Shown piece by piece: positions 45,605 to 55,350 of a stretch of DNA of 64,000 nucleotides. The stretch comes from Desulfobaccales bacterium. GTDB lineage: Bacteria > Desulfobacterota > Desulfobaccia > Desulfobaccales > 0-14-0-80-60-11. How positions within the stretch are numbered: the first letter of the stretch is position 1; each line of letters starts with the position of its first letter. Location: positions 4,618 to 68,617 of the forward strand of contig JBKQKO010000124.1 of assembly GCA_052147455.1 (NCBI GenBank), given 5' to 3'. The notes under the pieces were generated by a model. That model saw only the letters and a list, made by a program, of their open reading frames with translations, made no database searches and was not told the DNA's origin. The translations under genes were made by a program, and so were the position numbers.

Positions 45605-47038
45605 TTATCCTCCATTTCTTTCTAATAAGAATGACATCCCGTCGGACAGTTTGGTCATCATGGCCAAAAAGAGGCTGCCCTTGCCCAGAAACATGGCGTG
45701 GCGCAAATCTCCCCGGAGCATCCGGTTTCGGGCGTGACCCAGGAACGGCAGGGCCGAGGGGATATGCCCCTGGGTGGGGGCAAAGCCCGGCATGCCGTGG
45801 GTGTGCACGAACTGATCCAAGTCGGCGGGAGTCAGCAACTTATGCATGACGGCCAGTCCGCCAATCATGCGGTAGTTCCCCCGGGGGGTGTTGCCGCTGC
45901 CGGCCGGTTCGGTGATTTCCGGGTTATGCAACTCCGTGGCGTACTTTTCAATATCCGTAATCTTCAGGCCCACCCGAGCCAACGGCTTAAAAACCAAGGA
46001 TTCCATGATGGCCTGCTGCGAGGAAGACGCCGCCACTTCATGCTTGCCCACCACATCCAGCCTGATCCTGGGATTGACCCCGTCATCCTGGCCCACCACC
46101 ACGGCAAAGGCCCCCAGAATGTCCTCCAGGATGGGGATGGATTTGGCCAGGTGACCTCGCATCTTCATACCGAGCTTGGCCAGAGAACCGCCGCCCACCA
46201 CTACCACTTCTTTGAATACCCCGGCCTGAACCAAGCTGGCCGCCAATACCATGGTATGCACCGGGGCGCAGCAAAAGGCTTTGATATCAGCGCCGCTGCT
46301 GTTAACGCATCCGGCTTTTTCCGCCATAGCCTTGGCCAGGTTGCCGGCGCCCCGTTGGTAGCGGTCGCCCACGGCCTCTTCCCCGCAATTCATGACGAAA
46401 TCAATGGCCGCGGCGCCGGGCCCAAAAGAACTGAGCAGGTGGCGCAGGGCCAGGACTCCCGAGGCCTTGCAGGCCAGGTTTTCCAGGAGGATGGCGGCGC
46501 TCAGGTTTTCATCCTCATCGTGGCCGTTACGCAGGCAGCCCACCAGTTCGTTTTGCTCAAAAATGGGGAGAGCGCCGCCGGCAATTTCCTGTCGGAGTTG
46601 CTCCCAAGCGACTCCCGTACCCAAGCGCTCCCGGTCCTCATCCTTGAACAAGGGGTGATTCGAAAGGGCCTGCTTGACCTTGGCGGTAAAATTTTCCTCC
46701 AACCGGACCAGGTCGAACTCATCCACCACTTTCAGCAGGCCGTAGAACTCAGATTGAGGCATGATTTCGCCAAAAGGGCCGAACCGCTGCGCCCCTTCTA
46801 AAGGATGTTGAAACCAGGGCCGTTCAATTCCCCATAGATTTTCCGGGTGCAGGGCGCCGATGAAAACCTGGTGCGCCGGGTACGCCACGGCTTCCTCATA
46901 GCTCCGCAAGTGTGATTTAATGTTCTCCAGTAAACCTGGTTCCTTGGGAATTTCCCGCACCGGTTTCGATCCGTAGCGGACCAGGTCCGGAGTATGTGCC
47001 AGCACATAGGAGACTCCCTTGACTACCGGATACCCCAT
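45605..47038 (-). CDS. grdC: glycine reductase complex component C beta subunit-like
   Basis: MGYPVVKGVSYVLAHTPDLV...ERPWF...FGEIMPQSEFYGLLKVVDEFDLVRL closely resembles the clostridial GrdC N-terminus. Start at ATG 47038 with AGGAGG. The track's 571-aa ORF is an N-extension overlapping grdB. Confidence 0.85.
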   Translation of the reverse strand: MGYPVVKGVSYVLAHTPDLVRYGSKPVREIPKEPGLLENIKSHLRSYEEAVAYPAHQVFIGALHPENLWGIERPWFQHPLEGAQRFGPFGEIMPQSEFYGLLKVVDEFDLVRLEENFTAKVKQALSNHPLFKDEDRERLGTGVAWEQLRQEIAGGALPIFEQNELVGCLRNGHDEDENLSAAILLENLACKASGVLALRHLLSSFGPGAAAIDFVMNCGEEAVGDRYQRGAGNLAKAMAEKAGCVNSSGADIKAFCCAPVHTMVLAASLVQAGVFKEVVVVGGGSLAKLGMKMRGHLAKSIPILEDILGAFAVVVGQDDGVNPRIRLDVVGKHEVAASSSQQAIMESLVFKPLARVGLKITDIEKYATELHNPEITEPAGSGNTPRGNYRMIGGLAVMHKLLTPADLDQFVHTHGMPGFAPTQGHIPSALPFLGHARNRMLRGDLRHAMFLGKGSLFLAMMTKLSDGMSFLLERNGG

Positions 47039-47073
47039 TTCACCTACCTCCTGGTAACGCCGGACCGCTCCCG

Positions 47074-48378
47074 TCAGGCGTTGAAAATCGTTGGCTGGCC
47101 AACCTGCGATTGCAGAGCGGCCAGAGATTGATCCACTAGTTTTCGCCGCACGGCTTTTTCCTGGTTGGGGCTCAGGTCGGGACTGCCCAAGGGGTAGGGT
47201 ATGGCAGCAGCCGGCAAGATCCGGTTGGCGCCCACTGCTAAGGCAATAGACGTGATGGCACAGATTTGCACCGTGGGGATTCCGGCCCGTTCCAGTTCTT
47301 TGGCGATCGTTGCCCCGCAACGAGTGCCAGTCCCTCAGGTGGAGGTCAGGATAACCGCCTGCACCCCGTCTGCAATCAAACCCCGGGCAATCTCCTGGCC
47401 AAATTTGCGGGCGTTTTCCAGGCTGGTGCCGTTGCCGGTGGTGGTGAAAAAGTACGGGTATAACCTGCCGATCTTGCCTTCGCGCTCGCAGTCCCGGAGC
47501 GCGTCCACCGGCAATACCCGATCGGGGTCTTCGTTGGCAAAGACATTGCTGTAGCCACCGTCGACGGACTGGAATTCCACTCCCGACAGGTCTTCGATGC
47601 CCTCCAGGCTGTACTTGAGAAACTTGCTGGCCCGGGCGGACTCCAGCCGGTCCGGGTTGCCCTTGGGGACGATACCGCCTTCGGTTACCAGGGCCACGGT
47701 GGCGGTACTGAGGTCGCTCACCGGGGGAGCCGGGGAGACCCTCTCAAAGGAAGGCATGGGGAGCTCCGTGCGGTAAGGCAGCCCCTGCAATTTGGCCAGG
47801 AGCAGGTCCACCGCCCGCGCCGCGCCGGTTTTCTCGGCCCAGGTGTTCTTGCGGATCCCCCGGGGCAGATAACCTTCGGCCTCGGGTATGCCTAAGGCCT
47901 CGCCCCCAGCCAATTTTAGACCCAGGACGGCCATGGCCGCAACGGCCTGGCGCATGCCGGCCGCAGAGGGACCGGTTGCCACGCAGAAGATGTCCTTCCG
48001 GTAGAGTTCTACGCCAGGGTTTTCCGGGTACATGCCGGTCACCGCGGGAACTCCCAGCCGGGTCTGCACGGCCTGGCATACGGCCCCACAGGCCGGGCCA
48101 TACCTCCCGGCATTGAAGGCCGGGCCGGCCACGACTAACTGAGGCTCAAAGGACCTGATGAGTTGCAGCACTTCTTCAGTGGCCTCCAAGATATGTTCGG
48201 CAAAGAAATTATCCCCACAGATCACCGTGGCCACCACCTGGGCTTTCTCGCCCAGGGCGGCTTGCAGGGCTATCCCCGGTCCCACCGGGTGGGCCACTGC
48301 CCGGGGAGCCACCCCGGCCTGGTCTTCTCCGCCGATCTGACCGAAAAACTGATTAAGATAATGGACTACTCTGATCAT
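47074..48378 (-). CDS. grdB: GrdB-family selenoprotein B-like (set 1)
   Basis: MIRVVHYLNQFFGQIGGEDQAG is a GrdB N-terminus. ...AVILTST-U-GTGTRCGATIAKELERAGIPTVQICAIT... reads through the TGA at 47335..47337 into track ORF 47074..47271 in the same frame. Confidence 0.9.
47308..47322 (-). promoter_or_regulatory. SECIS-like hairpin of grdB-like 1
   Basis: The minus strand reads CGTTGC-GGG-GCAACG, starting 13 nt after the UGA. Confidence 0.5.
47335..47337 (-). other. in-frame UGA (selenocysteine) codon
   Basis: Joins ORFs 47335..48378 and 47074..47271. Confidence 0.88.
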
Positions 48379-48390
48379 CCGGGCACCTCC

Positions 48391-49647
48391 TCAATACTCC
48401 CTGATGGACAGATGGGTGGCCCCCAACTGGTTGGTGGCCGTATAGATGCGTCCCAGGGCGATGGTCAGCCCGGAGTCAGGCGGCCCTGCGACCCCGGCGA
48501 TCTCCTCGCCTCCTATAACCTGCCCCACGGGAGCCAGCGTCACCAACTCGTCGTTGTTGCCGGTGGTGACCACGGCGTCGGCTTCGGGGACGCTATCCAC
48601 CAGCGACGGCTGGTCCCCGGCGGCTCCGGCAATCTCGTTGGCCAGGATGACGGTTTTAATGCCAAGTTTTTCACTTTCCCGGCAGCTAAGCATCAGGTCG
48701 GTATCCGCGTGACCACCGCCCTCTTGGGTGATGACGGCTCCCTGGGCGCCCAGTTGCCAGGCCAGCTTGGCGGCAAATTTCGCCGAGCGTTCCTTTTCCC
48801 GCAGGGTGCTATGTTCATTGGCTAGCACCACTCCCGCAAAGATCAGGTCCCGGCCATGCCGTCGAGCCAAATCCAGGACCACCGGGTTGTGCAGATGGAG
48901 ATAAGTGGGATTCTTCTGGCAGGCGATGATGTAGTTGCTGCTGACTAGGGCCCCATCCAGCACCTCATTGGGGTGGAGAAGGGTGGGCAGCAGTTCCCGG
49001 GCGTTTTCGCCATACACCAAGGTATCCCGCAACAACCCCTGGGATTGCAGGTGATAGATATATACGACCCGGGGCAGATCCTGAGCTTGGTTTTCCAGCA
49101 CGCCCAGGTCAAACACCTCAACCTGGTCAGGAACCAGGTGGCGGGTGGGTCCGGCCAGGTATACCGCGGCCTCCAGCGCCGCCTTCCGGGTGGTCCGGTC
49201 AAACTCCGCGTCCGTGGTGGCGGGATGGGGAGTGCAGAGTAGCACCACGTTGATGGTTTTAGAGAAGATGCTGTAGTCCGCTCCCGGCCCTGCCATGTCC
49301 ACTATCCCTTCCTGAATACCCTGCCTTTTGCCGGTTTGAAGCACGGCTACCCCACCCAGCACGTTGGTCTGCCCCCGGCCGGCAATCTCCATGGGGCCCA
49401 GGGCTCCGGGAAAGGGCGTAGCACCACCGGAGAGCTTAAGGCGCGGCTGCACGGCGTCCATGATATGCACAATCCTGACCGCTTCCCCAGGCCGGGCCAG
49501 CTTCACCTCCACCTCCGCAAACGAGTGGTCCCGGTTCAGGAATCCTACCAATTCCGATTGGTTGATAACCAGGGTACCCTGTTCAATTCCGGTGCCCTCT
49601 CCGAACCGGGCATCCTTGATCGTGAATTTGCGTAACTCCAGCCTCAT
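48391..49647 (-). CDS. grdE: GrdE-family (component B alpha/beta proprotein-like), set 1
   Basis: MRLELRKFTIKDARFGEGTGIEQGTLVINQSEL is a GrdE-type N-terminus. Start at ATG 49647 with GGAGAGGAG upstream. Confidence 0.85.
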   Translation of the reverse strand: MRLELRKFTIKDARFGEGTGIEQGTLVINQSELVGFLNRDHSFAEVEVKLARPGEAVRIVHIMDAVQPRLKLSGGATPFPGALGPMEIAGRGQTNVLGGVAVLQTGKRQGIQEGIVDMAGPGADYSIFSKTINVVLLCTPHPATTDAEFDRTTRKAALEAAVYLAGPTRHLVPDQVEVFDLGVLENQAQDLPRVVYIYHLQSQGLLRDTLVYGENARELLPTLLHPNEVLDGALVSSNYIIACQKNPTYLHLHNPVVLDLARRHGRDLIFAGVVLANEHSTLREKERSAKFAAKLAWQLGAQGAVITQEGGGHADTDLMLSCRESEKLGIKTVILANEIAGAAGDQPSLVDSVPEADAVVTTGNNDELVTLAPVGQVIGGEEIAGVAGPPDSGLTIALGRIYTATNQLGATHLSIREY

Positions 49648-49699
49648 AAAAGGAAACTCCTCTCCAGGCCTGGCCATCTTCCCATACTTAATGACCCGC

Positions 49700-51202
49700 T
49701 TACACCATTCCCAGCCAATGCCAATAGGTGGCGCTGAAGATTACCATAAAAATAATGGCGATAATCACCAAAGGAATACCCACCTTCATCATGTCATCAG
49801 AACTAAAGGTGTCGGTGGAGTAAGCCACCATGGCCATGGGGGTGTTCACCGGAATGATTACGGAAAACTGAATGGTGTAGTAGAAGATGAGAGTCAGGCC
49901 CCAGACGCTGAGGCCGGGAATGTTGAGGCCCTGGGCAAAACCAATAGCCGTGGGCACCAGGGCGGCAACCGCCGCGGACCGGGCGGAAAAAGCCAGGGAA
50001 AAGATGGAGAAGAACAAGCCGCCGGCTGCGATCATCAGCAGCAAGGGCCATTGGTCCACTCCCAGAGCGATGATGGTGTTCTTGGCGACCCAGGCCGCCG
50101 CCCCGCTCTTCAAAAGCCAGATTCCCAGGGAAATGGCAGCGCCGAATAGCATCAGCGTTCCCCAATTCACTTTACCCACCAACTGTTTCCAATTGGCCAC
50201 CCTGAGACCCGGGAAAAATATCGCCGCTACTGCCAGAAGCGCTACAGTGCTGGGGTCTAGCCGGTGCAAGACATTTCCGGTGCCCCACATGAAGATGGTA
50301 GCCAGCATGATGATCAATAGCTTAACTTCTCCGCTAGTAATAGGCCCCAATTTGGCGCTATGCTCCTGAACGACGGACACCCCGCCAGCCAATTCATCCT
50401 TGCCCACCGGGAACAAATAGATAACCAGCAAATAGAGGACCACCCCCATCGTCAGGGCAAAGGGCATGCCATAGATGGCCCATTGGAGCCAGGTGATCTG
50501 GTGTTGGGTAGCCTGGGAAATGTACATGGCGGTTTGAATGGGTGGGGCGCCTGAGGTCAGAATGCCCATCCCGGCTATCCCGGTGCCAAAGGCGACCAGC
50601 AGTAACATCCCTTTGCTCAGGTTGCTTTTTAAGTCCAACCCGAAGGCTTTAATAATCCCTACAGATATCGCAGTCATCAAGGCGGCGTTGGCTGCCTGGG
50701 CCGGAATAAAGACCGTCAAGATAAAGGCCATCAACAGGACTCCCAAGAGCACCCGTTTCGGCTTGGCCCCCATGCGGCTCAAGATGAACAGGCCGATTCT
50801 CTGTCCCAACCCGGTTATCTCGATGGCGGCTGCCAGAAACAGGGCGCAAACCACGAGCACCCAGGCCGGCGAACTGAAACCGGAGAGGGCCATGCCCAGG
50901 GCTGCCTCGGTTCCCACCAGTTTACCGGGATTGGCGGCTTCCGGGGAGAGGGCCACCAAGAGCGTAAAGGAGGCGATCAGAAAAAACGAACTGGCCGCAT
51001 AGCCCACTGCTTCCGAGACCCAGATGACCAGCATGAACAGCATCACGCAGAGCAGGGCATGTCCCACCGGCGTCAAGGAGGACGGAAAAGGGATGAAGTA
51101 AAGGGCTATCAGGACGAGGAAGGCAAGGATGATCCCCACCGCACGCCGCATCTTCCCAACCGCGGTTGTAGCGCCGGAGATCTTGGCATCAGACTTTCCC
51201 AC
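49700..51202 (-). CDS. DASS/SLC13-type (ArsB/NhaD-superfamily) anion permease
   Basis: 500-aa polytopic membrane protein. Family assignment is from overall pattern only. Confidence 0.6.
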   Translation of the reverse strand: MGKSDAKISGATTAVGKMRRAVGIILAFLVLIALYFIPFPSSLTPVGHALLCVMLFMLVIWVSEAVGYAASSFFLIASFTLLVALSPEAANPGKLVGTEAALGMALSGFSSPAWVLVVCALFLAAAIEITGLGQRIGLFILSRMGAKPKRVLLGVLLMAFILTVFIPAQAANAALMTAISVGIIKAFGLDLKSNLSKGMLLLVAFGTGIAGMGILTSGAPPIQTAMYISQATQHQITWLQWAIYGMPFALTMGVVLYLLVIYLFPVGKDELAGGVSVVQEHSAKLGPITSGEVKLLIIMLATIFMWGTGNVLHRLDPSTVALLAVAAIFFPGLRVANWKQLVGKVNWGTLMLFGAAISLGIWLLKSGAAAWVAKNTIIALGVDQWPLLLMIAAGGLFFSIFSLAFSARSAAVAALVPTAIGFAQGLNIPGLSVWGLTLIFYYTIQFSVIIPVNTPMAMVAYSTDTFSSDDMMKVGIPLVIIAIIFMVIFSATYWHWLGMV

Positions 51203-51239
51203 TGCTCAGCCCTCCTTCTTTAGAAATACCAGGTTTTAC

Positions 51240-52682
51240 TCATCGGACTGTCCGAATAGTATTAGACTGCCCCACACTATCTTCTTTCTTGCGGGTGATT
51301 AAACTGACAACAATTAAAACGATCGCACTGACCATAAGTCCCGGATACAGCGAAGAGATGCCCTTCGGATAAAGGGAGTGCCAGATGAAGTCAGTTAACG
51401 GCCCCAGTATTGCCGCCGCAATGCCACCTGCCGGGGTAACCAGGCGTTTACAGAACATGGCGCCCAGAAACGGGAAGAGGGCAGTGCAACCCCGCAATCC
51501 CATGGATAGGAAGGCGAAGCCCAGGAGCAGCTTGCCAAAACTGCCCCTGACGCAGACTACGGCGAGAACACAAAGACAGAGTATCAATGTCCGCTGCACC
51601 CACAGAGCCCTTTTGTCATTGGTTTCCTTGGCAATATACGGTTTGTAGATATCACGGGTAAGCATAGTCGAAATGCCGAGGTTTAAACCGGCTATGGTTC
51701 CGATCACCGAAATAAACAGGGTGGCTAAAATTACCCCTGCGAGCAAGGGTGGCAGGTAATGCAGAATGAAAACCGGTAAAACCTGGGCAGATGCAGTTGT
51801 CAACCCGGGGAAGCCAGCAAGATGAGCCCTCATATACAATCCGACCAGAACGCCACAGGCGCCAAACGGGGGGATAAGAAATGCTGAGAGCAAGGCGCCC
51901 AGGCGAGCCTTGCCGAAACTCCTGGTTGCTGCAACCGCTTGAATGTAGGTCTGGGTGCAGATAACTCCCACCACCAGCGAGAATCCATCTGCTAAGTCCC
52001 GTGAAACTCCACGGCCAAACAGGGAAAACCAGGGGAAAGGGTTTGGAAAAGCGTGATACATCGCCCTGATGCCGCCGAATTGGTAAAGAGACTCGCCAGC
52101 GGCGGCTATCATTGCTGCATATAACAGGAGTATTTTGACTGTGCCGACCATACCGGTGCCTTGAATCCCGCCAGCCATAACATATGCAAGAGTTATCAAT
52201 ATAGTGATAATCACCGCAACCGTAGGATTGAGATTAACTACTGAAGTTAGCAGCGCCACCGCTGCCAGACCATTGGCGATGACATTAAAAAATATGCCAA
52301 AGCTCGTGAAGATACTGGAAATGGGTCCTATTGCCGAACCGTAAGTCCCGACCAGATACTCGGGGATGGTGATTATCTTGCTTGAATAAATGGGCTTGAG
52401 CATAAAAGTCCCCAAAGCCAGGAAACCGATCCCTGCTCCGATACAGAACCACCAGGCGTCCAGGCCGTAAAGAAACGCCAATTGGGCGGTACCGATAGTA
52501 GCGTTACCACCCACCATGGTTCCCATTATAGTCCCTGCAACAACTGCCGCCCCCCCTTTACGCGAGCTGCCCGCAAAATCTCTTTCGTCTTTAACCCGGG
52601 TCCCGGCATAGAGGCCAAAACCAACAATTACCAATAACGTGATTATCATGCCAATAATATGAGCTGGGGTAATTAATATCAA
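51240..52682 (-). CDS. sodium:solute symporter (SSS) family transporter
   Basis: 480 aa. N-terminal pattern ...GLYAGTRVKDERDFAGSSRKGGAAVVAGTIMGTMVGGNATIG is typical of the SSF. Confidence 0.75.
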   Translation of the reverse strand: MILITPAHIIGMIITLLVIVGFGLYAGTRVKDERDFAGSSRKGGAAVVAGTIMGTMVGGNATIGTAQLAFLYGLDAWWFCIGAGIGFLALGTFMLKPIYSSKIITIPEYLVGTYGSAIGPISSIFTSFGIFFNVIANGLAAVALLTSVVNLNPTVAVIITILITLAYVMAGGIQGTGMVGTVKILLLYAAMIAAAGESLYQFGGIRAMYHAFPNPFPWFSLFGRGVSRDLADGFSLVVGVICTQTYIQAVAATRSFGKARLGALLSAFLIPPFGACGVLVGLYMRAHLAGFPGLTTASAQVLPVFILHYLPPLLAGVILATLFISVIGTIAGLNLGISTMLTRDIYKPYIAKETNDKRALWVQRTLILCLCVLAVVCVRGSFGKLLLGFAFLSMGLRGCTALFPFLGAMFCKRLVTPAGGIAAAILGPLTDFIWHSLYPKGISSLYPGLMVSAIVLIVVSLITRKKEDSVGQSNTIRTVR

Positions 52683-52768
52683 AACAGTCGCCTCTCAAAA
52701 TTCTGATTAAGATTGACTCTTCTTATGTTCCTTCCAGTATCAAGCAATACTTACCACTCGCTAACGCA

Positions 52769-54082
52769 TCACATTGCCTCCGGTTCGAACAGGGTGGGCC
52801 CGTCGACCTTGGTCTGCAGGGCTTTGACGATGGCCCTGGCGAATTTGATTCTCCAGGCCCTCTCGTCTTTGGCAGAGAGGGCCGGGGTGCCGCAGGGACA
52901 GCTGAAACGATTTCCCCGGAGGACGCGGTTGGCGCCGACCTTGAGCGCCACCGCGGTCAAGCTAGTGACAGTCACTGTGGGCAGGCCCGCTCTTTCCAAC
53001 TCTTTTCCCATCGTAGCGCCGCTACGAGTTCCCGAACCTCAGGTGGCAACCAGCAAAGCCGCACCCACCTTCTGAGCCAGCAGGTCCGCGGCGATCTCCC
53101 TGGCGTGCTGGGCCATCTGGCTTAATATGCCATGATTCCCGCAGGTCACGTAATATGATTCCAAAAGCTCCCCGATCTCGCCGCGCCGGACGAGTTCCCG
53201 CAGAACGTCCACTGGGACCATCCGGTTGGGATTGGCGAGAGCGTGCGCAGCATCGTAGCCGCCGTGGATCACCTCGTATTCACCGGACTTCAGTGAATCT
53301 ATCCCTGCGATGCTATACTTGAACCACTTTGAGGCGCGCACCCATTCCAGCTTGTCAGGGTTGCCGCTGGGGACCAGTCCGGACTCGGTCACCACGGCCA
53401 GGCGCATCCGCGATGGATCGGGCACGGGAGGGGGCGGGGTAACTTTGTCATAATTTGGCAGGGGGACCTCTGTGGTGAAAGGACGCCCATTTATCCGGGC
53501 CAAGAGGAGATCGAGAGCCCTTGAAGAGGCAGATCCTTCCACTAACGCATTGATCCGCTGGCCGCGAGGAAGATATCCCTCGGCAGCAGCCGGCCCCAGG
53601 GGTTCTCCATGCCCAAGCTTCAAGGCCAGACGAGCCATGGTGGCAAGAGCTTCTTTCATGCCGACGGCCGAGGCGCTTGTCGGCACGATTAGTAAATTCC
53701 GGTAGAGCTCAACAGCGGCATTTTCCTTGAACATCCCGGTGACCGTGGGCTTGCCGAGATAATTTACCACGTCGGCACAAACCCGGCCGCACGCCAGGCC
53801 GTACCGCCCGGCATTGAAGGCAGGCCCTGCAATAACCACGTCGGGGGCAAATCCTGCGATCAGCTTGAGCACGGCGGCAGCAGTCTGCTCCATGTGGTCA
53901 GCAAAAAGGCCGTCTCCGCAGATCACCGTACCCACGACCTCGGCTTCCTTGCCCAGGGCCTGCTGGAGGGCACGGCCAGGACCGGTTACTCCGGGCATTG
54001 CCTGGGGAGGAAAGTCCGCTTTGTCTTCGCCGCCAATCCCGCCAAAAAACTGATTCAGATAATGAACAATGCGCATGGTCAA
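52769..54082 (-). CDS. GrdB-family selenoprotein B-like (set 2, divergent Sec motif)
   Basis: MTMRIVHYLNQFFGGIGGEDKAD...ALLVAT-U-GSGTRSGATMGKELERAGLPTV... reads through the TGA at 53039..53041 into track ORF 52769..53011 in frame. Start overlaps the grdE-like 2 stop (ATGA). Confidence 0.82.
53012..53026 (-). promoter_or_regulatory. SECIS-like hairpin of grdB-like 2
   Basis: The minus strand reads CGTAGC-GGC-GCTACG, starting 13 nt after the UGA. Same geometry as set 1. Confidence 0.5.
53039..53041 (-). other. in-frame UGA (selenocysteine) codon
   Basis: Joins ORFs 53039..54082 and 52769..53011. Confidence 0.8.
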
Positions 54083-55350
54083 TACTCCTGTGCCGTAACG
54101 CCGCGCTGGTTGGTCTCGATGGTCGCGGCATAGAGTTCCTGAAGCGGCAGATCGAGTTCCCCCTGGGCTGGCTCGCCCCGGTGAGCCAGGTGGGTTCCCC
54201 CAATCACCAGTGCGACGGGCGGGAGTTGCAGCCGCCTATCGATCCCCCCGCTGCTGGCAATGGCCACAGCTTCGGGCACGAAGTCGACTAAGGGAATGTC
54301 CTTGCCTTCGGGCCCTCCGTACTCGTGGACGACAATCCCGGTGGGAATCCCCGCTTCTTCGAGGGCCTGGACGGTCAGCATGAAATCTATATGGGTATTA
54401 CCGGTCGCTTCGTAGGTGCACAGCGCCCCGTTCGCCCCGAGCATGTTCGCCAACTTTGCCACAAACTGGGCCGAACGTTCCTTCAGAAATTCGGTCTCAT
54501 GGTGGCCCCGGGAAATGATAACCCCCCCGAAGTTGAGCTCCTTGCCATGCTTCTGATATAGGGCGACGAGGGAGGGGTGCCAGGTGTGCCTAAAAGTAGG
54601 CGTCCGGGTGCCGATCTTGTAATTTGAGCCAACGACGGCTCCGTCCAGCATTTCGTTAGGATGCAGGATGGTGGGCAGGCAGCCGCTGAACTCGTGGCCA
54701 TAAACATGGGTCTGGAGCATTGGTCCCTGAGCGCGAACCTGATGAACCCAGACAATCCGCGGCAGGCCCACAGTCTCTTCGCCGAGTCCGAAAACTTCCA
54801 TTTTGGGGGGAGTGAGTTCCCGAGTCACCCCTGCCAAATAGGCGGCCACGCGAAGCGATGCCCGTCGCAGGGCATCATCGTACTCCACATTCGAGGAGGC
54901 CTCTCCCGGTACAAATTCAAGCAACAGGTTGACCCGATCGGAGCAACCACTATAAACCGCGCCAGGTCCGGACATCTCGATGATGCCTTCTTCAAAGGCA
55001 TGGACTCCGCTTGCCGGGAAAGGGAAGTCCCCCACCTCTACTACCGTGAAACCTTCGAGGCGGTGAGTACGGCCGGAACCGCAGGTGCGCGGCGGACCAT
55101 TGAATCCCGGAAACGCGCCGGACGGACCACTCACTTTAAATAGCGGCTCGATTGCGTCCAGTACTCGGACCACCCGGACAGAATCCCCCGGGAATACCAG
55201 ATGGAGCCGAACATCTTGGATTCGCCCGTCCTGGAGGATCAGGTTTCGTATCGCCTTCGGCTCGATGGTAAGAACGCCATCCCGATATTCTGTCCGGTCT
55301 CCGAATCGGGCGGACCGGACCAGGAAAGAACCTAATTCCAAGTGTGCCAT
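54079..55350 (-). CDS. GrdE-family protein, set 2
   Basis: MAHLELGSFLVRSARFGDRTEYRDGVLTIEPKAI plus shared blocks with set 1 (HPNEMLDGAVVGSNY, ERSAQFVAKLA). Its ATG overlaps the stop of the upstream Mo enzyme (TAATG). Confidence 0.78.
   Translation of the reverse strand: MAHLELGSFLVRSARFGDRTEYRDGVLTIEPKAIRNLILQDGRIQDVRLHLVFPGDSVRVVRVLDAIEPLFKVSGPSGAFPGFNGPPRTCGSGRTHRLEGFTVVEVGDFPFPASGVHAFEEGIIEMSGPGAVYSGCSDRVNLLLEFVPGEASSNVEYDDALRRASLRVAAYLAGVTRELTPPKMEVFGLGEETVGLPRIVWVHQVRAQGPMLQTHVYGHEFSGCLPTILHPNEMLDGAVVGSNYKIGTRTPTFRHTWHPSLVALYQKHGKELNFGGVIISRGHHETEFLKERSAQFVAKLANMLGANGALCTYEATGNTHIDFMLTVQALEEAGIPTGIVVHEYGGPEGKDIPLVDFVPEAVAIASSGGIDRRLQLPPVALVIGGTHLAHRGEPAQGELDLPLQELYAATIETNQRGVTAQEY

Noticed and set aside
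45605-47320. 571-aa ORF suggesting a much longer GrdC that overlaps the grdB region.
   Set aside because: The first 94 codons are a shadow of the grdB 3' part. A strong AGGAGG RBS plus ATG at 47038 gives the conserved GrdC N-terminus MGYPVVKG.
47074-48378. Possible frameshift or pseudogene in grdB-like 1. I first thought a base was missing after the UGA.
   Set aside because: Re-reading the sequence (GGCCGGAATCCCC) and checking against the track coordinates shows that ORFs 47335..48378 and 47074..47271 are in the same frame. The only interruption is the Sec UGA.
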